Positions 10,628 through 21,089 of a DNA stretch of 64,000 nt are shown in pieces. Numbering within the stretch: the first letter of the stretch is position 1; every line of letters starts with the position of its first letter. Below the pieces are notes generated by a model. It made no database searches. It had not been told where the DNA came from and was given only the letters and a program-made list of their open reading frames with translations. The position numbers and the translations under genes were made by a program. Source of the DNA: an uncultured Pseudomonadota bacterium (GTDB lineage Bacteria; Oederibacteriota; Muellerivitia; Muellerivitales; Muellerivitaceae); assembly GCA_963843375.1 (NCBI GenBank), contig CAWJKT010000014.1:96001-160000 (forward strand), read 5' to 3'.

Positions 10628-11649
10628 AATTCCTCCCACTTGGAGGCCGTGGCGGTGAATGGAGAGGCTTTAATAGCCCTTCTGCCCGGAAACTCTTTAA
10701 TCTCCGGATTTTTCTCTGTCTCAGCTTGTCTTTGGGGTTATTAGGAAAGCGGTCTTTTGCCGATCAACAGGGAGGCCAGCGACCGGCGGCTTATTTGGAA
10801 TACGGGGCGGGTGGAGTGGAAAATGCCATGGGCGGGGCGGATACCGCGGGGCGTGGCGACGCGGCGAATGGATTTTGGAACCCGGCGGGACTGAGCGGTT
10901 TAAGAGGTTTTCAATTAGAAAACCAATACACCCTAATGTCCCTGGGACAAGAATTAAATTTTGCCGCTTTCGCTAACGGTTACCGCGATATGTTTTTTTA
11001 CGGTCTTTCATGGTTTCTTTATAGCGCGGGAGGGGACATTGAGGCGAGGACGGGGCCATCCCTGGAGCCGGATAGTATTTTTGGCGACATGGAGATGACT
11101 TTCCTGGCTTCCATAGCCTTTAAGCTGGACCCCCAATGGTCCATCGGGTGGAACATAAAAATATTGACCCAAACCTTCAACAGTTATTCGGGATTTGGAT
11201 TGGGGGAGGATATGGGGATTCAATTGCGCCTCACCCAATTTGAAACCATCGGCTTGATGATCCAGGACCCGTTCACATTTATGAACTTTGACAATTCGAT
11301 CACCGATTATGTCCCTCCCACTTTTAAGGCGGGTTTTGCCGAACGAGATGTGGCTCTTAACGCGAAACTTCATTTTGACCTGGACTGGAGCCCGGATTTG
11401 GGATTGGAACCCCATTTGGGGGTGGAGTGGCGGCCGAATGATGTGCTGGCTTTGAGAGTTGGAGGTTGGATGGAAAACTTGACAGCTGGGACTTCGGGAG
11501 GAGCTGTCTTGATCGATCCGACTGCGGGGTTTGGAATTTATGTTCCAATGGGAGAAAGTCAGCTTGAATTGGATTATGTCATTTTGAATGATCGTGTTGA
11601 TCAAGGGAATTTTCTGCACCAGATTTCCATCACCGGTAAATTTCTTTGA
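10624..11649 (+). CDS. PorV/UPF0164-like outer-membrane beta-barrel
   Basis: AAYLEYGAG...AMGGA...FWNPAGL N-terminal motif, alternating beta strands, C-terminal GKFL; overlaps S8 stop (ATGA); exact start uncertain. Confidence 0.75.
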   Translation: MKFLPLGGRGGEWRGFNSPSARKLFNLRIFLCLSLSLGLLGKRSFADQQGGQRPAAYLEYGAGGVENAMGGADTAGRGDAANGFWNPAGLSGLRGFQLENQYTLMSLGQELNFAAFANGYRDMFFYGLSWFLYSAGGDIEARTGPSLEPDSIFGDMEMTFLASIAFKLDPQWSIGWNIKILTQTFNSYSGFGLGEDMGIQLRLTQFETIGLMIQDPFTFMNFDNSITDYVPPTFKAGFAERDVALNAKLHFDLDWSPDLGLEPHLGVEWRPNDVLALRVGGWMENLTAGTSGGAVLIDPTAGFGIYVPMGESQLELDYVILNDRVDQGNFLHQISITGKFL

Positions 11650-11704
11650 TGATATCCTTTAATCGGTTGTAATGAATTATCGGTTCGGATTAAAACGAGG
11701 TTTT

Positions 11705-12532
11705 ATGCAAAATTCTCAAAAATTGAAATCCCGACTTGAACTTTGCCGTCGTTTGGGAATTCGTTACGTTACTCTAAGTGTTCCGGCTGACGAGGAAATC
11801 CCGGGTTACTCGCCTAAAGTTACTTCAAATCCATCCCCTTCCGTCGAAACGATTTCCGATACAAATGAACGGGAAGAGGCTTCGGCGTCTCCCGTGAAGC
11901 AAGGGATACCTGGCGCCGATCAGATGACGCCCAATTGGTTGACGGCCTTTCCTGAGTCGATCCAAGCGATGGAACTTTTGGCTTTCAATCGGGACATTTG
12001 CGAATGCCAAAATTGCCCCTTGGGAAAAACACGCCAAAAATTTGTTTTTGGAAGCGGCAGTCCCCGCGCTGAGGTCATGTTTGTAGGGGAAGCCCCAGGG
12101 GCGGATGAAGACGCCCAAGGTCTGCCATTCGTGGGTAAAGCCGGCCAACTGTTGACCAAGATCATCGAGTCGACCAAAATCTGGAAAAGATCCGATGTTT
12201 TTATCTGCAATGTCCTCAAGTGCCGTCCCCCTGGAAACCGGACACCCCAACCCGAAGAAGTGGAACAGTGTCGACCTTACTTGGAAGAACAAATCCGCAT
12301 TCTTAAGCCCAAATTCATCATGGCTTTGGGGGCCAGTGCGGCTCAGGCGCTTTTGAAAACTAAGGATTCGGTGGGAAAACTCCGCAATAAATGGCATGAT
12401 TTTAACGGAATTCAACTCCGGGTGACCTATCACCCAGCCGCCCTTTTAAGGTTCGACGGGTATAAGAAGGACGTCTGGGAGGATATGAAAGAATTGACAA
12501 CCAAGTATTTGGAAATAAAGAACGGTCAATAA
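11705..12532 (+). CDS. Family-4 uracil-DNA glycosylase (4Fe-4S)
   Basis: [45 protein letters not shown]. Confidence 0.93.
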   Translation: MQNSQKLKSRLELCRRLGIRYVTLSVPADEEIPGYSPKVTSNPSPSVETISDTNEREEASASPVKQGIPGADQMTPNWLTAFPESIQAMELLAFNRDICECQNCPLGKTRQKFVFGSGSPRAEVMFVGEAPGADEDAQGLPFVGKAGQLLTKIIESTKIWKRSDVFICNVLKCRPPGNRTPQPEEVEQCRPYLEEQIRILKPKFIMALGASAAQALLKTKDSVGKLRNKWHDFNGIQLRVTYHPAALLRFDGYKKDVWEDMKELTTKYLEIKNGQ

Positions 12533-12640
12533 CTCGCCCTTTCTTGGAATTTAAACAAAAATATAACCTCTTCTAAAATAACGTTTTCAGTGGATTTTTA
12601 GTCAAGCCAAGGATGGGCTGAATCTTGGTATACTTTGCGC

Positions 12641-15600
12641 ATGAAAAAGGCCTCTTTTCTTGGAGTTAAAGTACTTTCCCAACGATTAGGACGACTAGTT
12701 CCACTGTTCGTTTTTCCAATTCTGCTTACTTCCTCATGTTTTTTAACCATAGTGAAACAAGCCAATGCCGCTATTACCTTTGATGCGGCGGATTCCACCA
12801 GGGCCAATACGCAGAGTGTGACGTTTGACCACACGGTTAGTGGCCAAGAAACCTTGTTAATTCTCCAAGCGGATATCAGATATGGTTTCGGCGGGGCAGT
12901 TTCTGTCATCTCGGCGAATTATGGGGGGGTACCACTAACCCTTGTGCTTTCCGATCAGGATACGACATTTAATGACTTGGAGACTTGGTACCTGTTGTCT
13001 CCCGCAAGTGGTCCGAGCAGCGTCGTTGTAAACTTAACTGGAACCCCGACCGCCGGGAATTATGGAATCCTCAGTTACGATGGTGTTGATCAAACAACTC
13101 CGTTGGGAGTTACGTTTTTCGCCGCCAATGCCGCCAATACTTCGCAAACATTTAATGTCACCAGCACAACGGCCAATAGTGTTTTGCTTTCGAATTTTCT
13201 TTGGAATTCAAATTCCGTCAATATAAACGAATTTGGCGCGGGGCAAACCCAGAGATGGTCTGAAAGCAGTTCCCGTAGCTCAGAGGGAGACGATTTTTTT
13301 ACAACCACGGTCGGGTCGAATTCAATGAGTTATACTCTTTCCGGTTCCGTAGCTGCCGATGGTGAAATAGTTGAAATCATACCGGCTCCAACACAGACCC
13401 CGACGAATACCGCAACCAACACCACGACGGATACGGTTACGTCAACCCCGACGGTGACTCTCTCGCCCACAAGTACCCCGACGGATACGGCAAGCTATAC
13501 AACAACGGAAACGACGACGAATACGGCGACTTTGACCCCGACGGCGACACCTCAGCCGCGGCTGATTCTATCGTGGAATAACGAACCGGCGTCCCAGGCC
13601 TATTTATATAACCAGGCGAATGTGACAGGAATTCAGGTGGTACTGAAGGCGTTTGGACAGGAGCCGGTATCGGTAAGCCAACTGGCTTTTGGATTGGGTG
13701 GAACCCTGGGGTATACGGAAGTGTTAACAGGAACTGTGGCATTGTACCCGGATGCAGGGACGAATGAGACGTTGGGGGTTTATAACGGGGCACCCAGCCC
13801 GACACCGATTGCGACTGGAAGCTTTTCGGTCAACGGGTCAGTTACCTTTGGCGGATTGGCAAATTTAGCAGTGAATCCAGCAACGGGGCCCCAAACTCTG
13901 CTTTTGGTTTTTAGCCTCCAAGCCAATGGTGGAGAGACCTTTAACAATACGATTAGCCCTTCATCGATTGTGGCTGCGGGTGTAACGACGGGGACGCCTG
14001 CTTTGGTTTTGGGATCATTGATCAACGGAAATACGTTTACGGTCACGGGTCCCACGGCAACGCCAACCGCAACGCCAACGAATACGGCGACCAACACGGC
14101 AACCTTGACTGCGACGGTAACAGCGACGAACAGCCCGACTTTCACCACAACCCCGACCCCAACCAACACGCCGGTCAATCCCCCGGTAACGGTAGCTCTG
14201 TCGGTACCAACAGTAAGCCTGACAGTGATCCCGGGGACTGCCGGGGTGACGGTGATACAGTTGCAAGTGACCAACAATAGCGCAACTGAGGGAGTATCAC
14301 TGTTATCAATTGTTTTAGATGGTACCAGTTTTAACGACTCAGCCGGAATAGCTCAGGTAAATCTTTATGATTCAACGGGCTTGGTAACGAGCGGGACATT
14401 TAAGGCTTCGGGAGCGCCCTTGACTTTGGTTTTGGCCCCACTCGAAACCTTGGGGGCCTCGGGGTCGGCCACTGCGACACAATCCTTTGTGGTTACCTAT
14501 GATTTCTCTAACGACCAGGTAGCGACCAACTACAGTTTGGGGTTAGGCATCGGTAGTTTGACTGGTACCGGGGTTTTGAGTGGAAAGCCGATTACTGTTA
14601 CGGGATTGCCGCTGGGTGGAAACACAATCACTGTGGTTTTGCCGACCTCAACCCTCACCAATACAGCCACGAACAGCGCGACGAGTACGGCAACCCCTAC
14701 GGCGACCTTCACGACAACGGACACTCCCACGGATACGGCAAGCTATACAGCGACGGAAACAGCGACGAACACGACGACCTTAACGCCCACAGTGACGCCC
14801 CAATCCCGGTTGGTACTATCGTGGAATAACGAACCGGCGTCCCAGGCCTATTTTTACAATCAGGCCAATGTGACGGGAATCCAGGTGGTATTGAAGGCGC
14901 TTGGACAGGAGCCGGTTTCAGTGACCCAAATTTCCTTTGGATTGGGCGGAACGCTTTTGAGCGGGGAGGTAGTGACAGGAAGCGTGGCATTGTTCCCAGA
15001 TACAGGTACGGGCGGAGATGATGGAGGAGGAAACGGGCTCTATACAGGTGGTGGGAGCGCATTGGCAACCGGGAGTTTTACGGGTGGAGCGGTAACTTTT
15101 GGGGGAATGACGAATTTGGTGGTGAATCCGACGGGAGCGCCCCAAACTCTGCTGTTGGTGTTTACCCTTCAAGCCAACGGCGGGGAGACTTTTAACAATA
15201 CGATTAGCGGCAATTCGATTACGGCGGTGAGTGCGGATTCGGGGCTCCCGGTTTCGGTTTTTGGGACATTAATCAACGGGAATACTTTTACGGTAACGGG
15301 TCCAACGGCGACGCCTTCATTCACTCCGACCAATACGGCGACGAATACGGCGACGAATAGCGCAACGAATACCGCGACGAATACGGCGACATCAACCCCT
15401 ACAGAAACATTCACGACGACGAACACCCCGACGGATACGGCGACCAATACGGTGACGAATACGGCTACCGCTACGACCACAAATACGCCCACAGATAGCG
15501 CGACGAATACCGCAACCAATACGGCGACCTTCACGACAACGAACACCCCGACAGATACGGCGACCAATACGGCGACGAATACGACTTCCGCTACGACTAC

Positions 15601-18600
15601 TGATACAGCCACGAACAGCGCGACGAGTACGGCAACCCCTACGGCGACCTTCACGACAACGGACACTCCCACGGATACGGCAAGCTATACAGCGACGGAA
15701 ACAGCGACGAACACGACGACCTTAACGCCCACAGTGACGCCCCAATCCCGGTTGGTACTATCGTGGAATAACGAACCGGCGTCCCAGGCCTATTTTTACA
15801 ATCAGGCCAATGTGACGGGAATCCAGGTGGTATTGAAGGCGCTTGGACAGGAGCCGGTTTCAGTGACCCAAATTTCCTTTGGATTGGGCGGAACGCTTTT
15901 GAGCGGGGAGGTAGTGACAGGAAGCGTGGCATTGTTCCCAGATACAGGTACGGGCGGAGATGATGGAGGAGGAAACGGGCTCTATACAGGTGGTGGGAGC
16001 GCATTGGCAACCGGGAGTTTTACGGGTGGAGCGGTAACTTTTGGGGGAATGACGAATTTGGTGGTGAATCCGACGGGAGCGCCCCAAACTCTGCTGTTGG
16101 TGTTTACCCTTCAAGCCAACGGCGGGGAGACTTTTAACAATACGATTAGCGGCAATTCGATTACGGCGGTGAGTGCGGATTCGGGGCTCCCGGTTTCGGT
16201 TTTTGGGACATTAATCAACGGGAATACTTTTACGGTAACGGGTCCAACGGCGACGCCTTCATTCACTCCGACCAATACGGCGACGAATACGGCGACGAAT
16301 ACGGCTACCTCTACAACCACAAATACAGCTACGTCAACCCCGACTCAAACAGCTACATTCACCACCACCAGCACCCCCACGAACACCGCGAGCAGTACTC
16401 CCTCTGCCACCCCGACGGCTACCTTTTCAACACCTGATGTAAGTGTTGCCCTGTTTGGCGGTTTGGGGCCATCCACTCAAATTCCGGGAGCATCCAACAT
16501 TCCGGACTTAGAAGTGGTGGTTAGTAACAATAGTGCCGAAGGAATTAGTTTGGTCGATATAGTGTTTTCGTCAAATGGCCCGGGAAATGCGGGGATAACA
16601 CTTGTAAGTTTATATAGAGGTAGTGGCGATGCTCCGGCAAGTCTTGTGCAAAGCGGTCCTTATAGCGCCAGCAATACGGTTACATTGGGTTTGCCGCTCC
16701 TGGACAATATTCCATCCGGCCAGGCACAAACCTATACCGTCGCATTTGATTTCTCGAATACAGCCCCGCCAGGGGCCTATGCGGCGATATTGACAAGTTT
16801 GCAAGGGGTCGGACAGACATCGGGTTTTCCGCTCCAAGTTACGGGAGAGCCCGTGACAGGAGTGACGATTACTATTGCCGATTCAACTTTTACTCCAACA
16901 TCTACGGCTACCAACACAACCTCTAACACTCCGACCAACACTGCCACGAATACCGCAACCAATACGGCGACTAACACGGCTACAAATACCCCCACGTACA
17001 CAACCACCAATACTGCGACTAATACAGGTACATCTACCGCTACGAATACGACGACATCGACGACTACCCCTACTCCCACTAACACAACCACTAACACACC
17101 CACGAATACAGCGACGAATACGGCTACACCTACACCTGTTGATCCCCCTGTAGAAGTGGTGCAGTTGCTGACTCCAGTGACTATTGGAGTAATCCCCGGC
17201 ACAGCCGGGGTAACAGTGATGCAGTTTGCGGTGACGAATACCAGCACAACGGAAGGGGTATCTCTATTGTCTCTGACGCTCACGGGGACAACCACGGGAA
17301 CAGCAAGCGATATTAACGGGATAACGCAAGTAAAGCTTTACGACCCTTCAGGTCAGATAACAGGAGATACCTATGAATCGAGCTTTTTGACCCTGGGGTT
17401 GGCACCGGAGATAATGCTGGGAATAGCGGGATCGCCTTCTGCGGCGCAGACTTTCTACGTGACCTATGACTTTTCAGTGTCCCAATTAAGTGGGAACTAC
17501 GCGGTGACGGTCTTGGCCGGAGGATTGACGGGGACAGGAACTTCGACCGGAAAACCAATAATGGTTACAGGATTGCCGGTAGGAGGGAATCTGGTCACGG
17601 AGTCCCTGCCGACGGCTACGCCAACAAACACAGCAACGAATACGGACACGAGCACCGCCACCAATACCCCGACCAATACCGCGACCAATACGACTACCTA
17701 TACCTCCACGAGCACTCCTACTCTAACTCCTACGGAAACCACCACCAACACGCCCACTAACACAGCCACTAGTACATCCACGAACACGACCACGGCCACG
17801 ACTACCAATACCGCGACCAATACGGTTACGAATACCACAACCAATACAGCTTCAAATACCGCAACCTACACAACCACCCTCACCGCAACGATGACTCCCA
17901 CTTCAACGGCGACACCTTATCCCCCATACACTTTGGCTTTCCAGACGCCTTTCCCATCATTTATAGCCGGCGCATCGACTGGTCCCCTGACGATCCAGGT
18001 TCAAAATTCACTGGGTGGTCCAGCGACTTTCCCGACGGCGATAACTTTGGATCTTTCGGCTACGACCACCGGCGATTACAATTTCTCGCTCACTCAGGGA
18101 GGGGGGGCGGTTACCTCCTGTACTCTCCCCTCTGGAACCTCAAGCCAAGTTGTCTATTACACGGGCTTTAAGGCGGAGGTTCAGTCCTTGAATGTGACCG
18201 CCCTTGCCGCCATCCCAACTCCCTCAGTTTCCCAGGCTGCGACTGTTTTCCCGGCTGCTTACAGCAAGTTGCAAGTGCTGTTTCCAAATCAAAGTTCGGA
18301 CCCTGGAAAACCTAACACCAATAATACGGGACGAATCGGCCTTCCCAATTCGGTCGCGTCTGGCAACCCCGTGACCGCCACCGTAAACGCTGTCGATACT
18401 TTCTTCAATCCCGTCACGGTCAATATCAGCGGTCATCCGGTGACATTTAAGACTACGGATGGAACTCCGCAGAACTCCGCGGTCTTTACATCCGACACGG
18501 TCAATGCCCCTATCATATTTATCAACCCTGGTCCCCAAACTTTGACTGCTGGTGATTCGGAGACCACTTTTACCGGAAATAGCGATCAAATTACGATCTT

Positions 18601-19402
18601 GCAAGGGACGAACAGCGACGAATTAAACGTCGTCCACGGCATGCCGAACCTGTCCACGGTCATCTTGGGCCAAACGGGCGTGGAGGTACTCACTTTCAAT
18701 TTGAATGTCGAGAACGGAACCCATAACATCAAAATCAACAACTTGACCATAAATGCCCTGGATCAGGCGGGACCCTCGGGGTCGGGGGTGACCCTTGATA
18801 CCGCTTTCGAATCCTTGATCCTGGAAGGGCCATCCACGGTTCTCTCCCAACCGATCACCTTGGACGTTTCAGGATCCGGTTCGACCTCCGCCGTATTCCC
18901 GGGTCCCATCACCCTAGTGAACGGTTCCTCTCTGCCCTTGACTCTGCTTGCTGATATCCTGCCCAACGCCACGGTCAATACAGTCCTTTTATCTCTAGGA
19001 CAAAATGGGATTTCCGCCAATGACTCAACCAGCGGTGTGACGGTTGTATCCACCTGCTTCGGTGATTCCACCTGTTTCCCAATGGATTCAAATCTGATGC
19101 TGTTTAGGACTGGTGACATCGCGAGCACCTATGGCAACTATCCCAACCCTTTCCACCCCGAAATGGGCGATACAACGATTGAGTTTAATCTGTCGACTCC
19201 CCTGTCCTATACCTTGGGAATTTATGACATCCTTGGGAGGAAAGTGAAAATTTTCCAGAGCAACGGTCCACAATCCGGACTTCAACAATTGTCATGGGAT
19301 GGAAAAAACGACGCCGGTGTTTATGTCTTGAGTGGGATTTACTATGCCCAATTGAACGTGAGCGGCAATAAATATCTTCTGAAAATAGCGGTGGTGAAAT
19401 AA
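12641..19402 (+). CDS. Giant (~2250 aa) modular surface protein/adhesin with Thr-rich linkers and FlgD-Ig/T9SS-like CTD
   Basis: Signal peptide, repeated beta-sandwich modules separated by TNTA/TPT tracts, CTD NYPNPF...WDGKN...GIYY...KIAVVK. Confidence 0.85.
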   Translation: MKKASFLGVKVLSQRLGRLVPLFVFPILLTSSCFLTIVKQANAAITFDAADSTRANTQSVTFDHTVSGQETLLILQADIRYGFGGAVSVISANYGGVPLTLVLSDQDTTFNDLETWYLLSPASGPSSVVVNLTGTPTAGNYGILSYDGVDQTTPLGVTFFAANAANTSQTFNVTSTTANSVLLSNFLWNSNSVNINEFGAGQTQRWSESSSRSSEGDDFFTTTVGSNSMSYTLSGSVAADGEIVEIIPAPTQTPTNTATNTTTDTVTSTPTVTLSPTSTPTDTASYTTTETTTNTATLTPTATPQPRLILSWNNEPASQAYLYNQANVTGIQVVLKAFGQEPVSVSQLAFGLGGTLGYTEVLTGTVALYPDAGTNETLGVYNGAPSPTPIATGSFSVNGSVTFGGLANLAVNPATGPQTLLLVFSLQANGGETFNNTISPSSIVAAGVTTGTPALVLGSLINGNTFTVTGPTATPTATPTNTATNTATLTATVTATNSPTFTTTPTPTNTPVNPPVTVALSVPTVSLTVIPGTAGVTVIQLQVTNNSATEGVSLLSIVLDGTSFNDSAGIAQVNLYDSTGLVTSGTFKASGAPLTLVLAPLETLGASGSATATQSFVVTYDFSNDQVATNYSLGLGIGSLTGTGVLSGKPITVTGLPLGGNTITVVLPTSTLTNTATNSATSTATPTATFTTTDTPTDTASYTATETATNTTTLTPTVTPQSRLVLSWNNEPASQAYFYNQANVTGIQVVLKALGQEPVSVTQISFGLGGTLLSGEVVTGSVALFPDTGTGGDDGGGNGLYTGGGSALATGSFTGGAVTFGGMTNLVVNPTGAPQTLLLVFTLQANGGETFNNTISGNSITAVSADSGLPVSVFGTLINGNTFTVTGPTATPSFTPTNTATNTATNSATNTATNTATSTPTETFTTTNTPTDTATNTVTNTATATTTNTPTDSATNTATNTATFTTTNTPTDTATNTATNTTSATTTDTATNSATSTATPTATFTTTDTPTDTASYTATETATNTTTLTPTVTPQSRLVLSWNNEPASQAYFYNQANVTGIQVVLKALGQEPVSVTQISFGLGGTLLSGEVVTGSVALFPDTGTGGDDGGGNGLYTGGGSALATGSFTGGAVTFGGMTNLVVNPTGAPQTLLLVFTLQANGGETFNNTISGNSITAVSADSGLPVSVFGTLINGNTFTVTGPTATPSFTPTNTATNTATNTATSTTTNTATSTPTQTATFTTTSTPTNTASSTPSATPTATFSTPDVSVALFGGLGPSTQIPGASNIPDLEVVVSNNSAEGISLVDIVFSSNGPGNAGITLVSLYRGSGDAPASLVQSGPYSASNTVTLGLPLLDNIPSGQAQTYTVAFDFSNTAPPGAYAAILTSLQGVGQTSGFPLQVTGEPVTGVTITIADSTFTPTSTATNTTSNTPTNTATNTATNTATNTATNTPTYTTTNTATNTGTSTATNTTTSTTTPTPTNTTTNTPTNTATNTATPTPVDPPVEVVQLLTPVTIGVIPGTAGVTVMQFAVTNTSTTEGVSLLSLTLTGTTTGTASDINGITQVKLYDPSGQITGDTYESSFLTLGLAPEIMLGIAGSPSAAQTFYVTYDFSVSQLSGNYAVTVLAGGLTGTGTSTGKPIMVTGLPVGGNLVTESLPTATPTNTATNTDTSTATNTPTNTATNTTTYTSTSTPTLTPTETTTNTPTNTATSTSTNTTTATTTNTATNTVTNTTTNTASNTATYTTTLTATMTPTSTATPYPPYTLAFQTPFPSFIAGASTGPLTIQVQNSLGGPATFPTAITLDLSATTTGDYNFSLTQGGGAVTSCTLPSGTSSQVVYYTGFKAEVQSLNVTALAAIPTPSVSQAATVFPAAYSKLQVLFPNQSSDPGKPNTNNTGRIGLPNSVASGNPVTATVNAVDTFFNPVTVNISGHPVTFKTTDGTPQNSAVFTSDTVNAPIIFINPGPQTLTAGDSETTFTGNSDQITILQGTNSDELNVVHGMPNLSTVILGQTGVEVLTFNLNVENGTHNIKINNLTINALDQAGPSGSGVTLDTAFESLILEGPSTVLSQPITLDVSGSGSTSAVFPGPITLVNGSSLPLTLLADILPNATVNTVLLSLGQNGISANDSTSGVTVVSTCFGDSTCFPMDSNLMLFRTGDIASTYGNYPNPFHPEMGDTTIEFNLSTPLSYTLGIYDILGRKVKIFQSNGPQSGLQQLSWDGKNDAGVYVLSGIYYAQLNVSGNKYLLKIAVVK
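14661..16301 (+). repeat. Identical-looking ~699-bp direct repeat (14661-15359 and 15603-16301, offset 942)
   Basis: Sequences match by eye; ORF track shows identical antisense ORFs 942 bp apart; diverged third copy at ~13480-14090. Confidence 0.92.
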
Positions 19403-21089
19403 TGATCAAGGAACGCCGCGCGACTTTAGCTGGAATTCCGCTAAAGGCCCACTGTGGACATATCGCAGCTCTTTTCCTAGGTATGTTCACGTTTGCTGCC
19501 CTTTCCGCAACCATGGCACAGACTTTGAGTACGGGCGGGGTGGAATCTCCTTTTGAACTGGGAGGATCCGCTTGGGCCCAGGGAATGGGTGGGGCTGTCG
19601 CTGCGGTCTCGGGTTATGGGGATAGTTTTTTCGAGAATCCCGCGTCCCTCGCGACGGTCCAGGATCACGAAATCCTGACGTTCCACGCGCCCTTGTTCCT
19701 CGACACCCTTTATGATTCGGTTGGTTATGTCCAGCCAGTCGGCCGTAATACCAGTTTCGGTTTAGCTTTGAATCGATTGGGGGTTTCAAACATTTTGGAA
19801 ACCACCACCAACATCCAGGCCCTCTCCAACTTTTCTTTTGCGGAGTATGAGGGGCTTTTGGGTTATGGATTCCGCCCGTTACCGAATTTGGATTTTGGAG
19901 GCAACGTAAAATTCGTCTTTGAACAATTGGGAAGTTACCAGGGAAGCGGCGGAGGCTTGGATCTGGGCCTTTTGTATCACTTTTCCACTACCCGGGCGGA
20001 TTTTAATCTGGTCGGGGTGCGGAATATCACTCTGGGGTTCTCAGTTTCCAACGTTCTTCAACCGCAAACCAAGCTATTCCAACTGGCGGATAATCCGGCC
20101 CGTGTTTATCGTCCGGCCTTCGCTTACTATTATGAATTTCCTGGATCCCAAAGCGATTTGTGGGCAACGGTTGAGGGTGAAATTCCGGACAGCGGTGAAA
20201 AGCTCGTCCGCGGGGGGGTGCAATACGGATGGAAGAAAATGATTTTCGTCCGTGCGGGTTTTGATGGGGTGGGCCCAACTGCGGGTGCGGGATTACGTTA
20301 TTATGATTTTGAGTTTGATTACGCTTATGATCAGCAGGATTTGGGAGCCTTGAACCAGTTTTCTCTGACTTACCGTTTTGGACATTATGTGGACCCGCTG
20401 GAAGCTCAAAAAATTGACCTGTTAAAATGGGTGGCCCAAAGTTACACCAAAGACAATGATTTTGACCCGGCCATCAAAGCCTGGCAAAACGTACAGCGTG
20501 AATTTCCAGACGACACGGAAGCTTCCCGGGCCATCCGGGAAATCCAACAACAACGAAAAGACCTGGTTCAGGATCAACTCAAGATGGCGCGATCTGCCAT
20601 GAACCGGGGCGATTTTGAGAAGGCGGTTCCGCTGATTGCCAAGGTGTTAAGTTTGGACCCGGGAATTCCGAGGCCAAAGCGCTCTTAAGCCAAGTCGATA
20701 AAAAAACGTTGATTTCGACCAATTATACCCGCGGGGTTGAGGCTTATAGCCGTGAAGATTATGGCTTGGCGATTCAATACTTGGAAATGGTCTACGAAGT
20801 GGATACCCATTACCGGGATGTCAATTTCCTTTATCACGACGCCCAAAGCCATTATCTTCCCCTGGAGTCCATGCCAAAGGATTTAACCGAGCTTTATGCC
20901 CAGGGAGTGAATTACTATATAAGCGGTGATTACCAGAAAGCCATTGAGTCTTGGGAGAAAGTGTTGGACAAGAGCCCCAAAAATTTTCTTGTTCGTCGTA
21001 ACATCGAGGAAGCGCGAAGCCGCTTAAAGGACAAGGCGATTCCGGGATCTTCCCCCGCCGGAGATCAGGAGCCTATTAACAAACCATGA
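19402..21089 (+). CDS. PorV-like beta-barrel fused to C-terminal TPRs (frameshift at ~20664)
   Basis: GGSAWAQGMGGA...ENPASL, barrel end FDYAY...SLTYRFG, then TPRs; adding one A in GGGAATTCC gives DPGNSEAKALLSQVDKKTLISTNY, joining 20709-21089. Confidence 0.8.

Noticed and set aside
13400..17900. Short ACGAATACGGCG-type repeats as a CRISPR array
   Set aside because: They encode in-frame TNTA linkers; no constant repeat/unique spacer pattern and no cas genes
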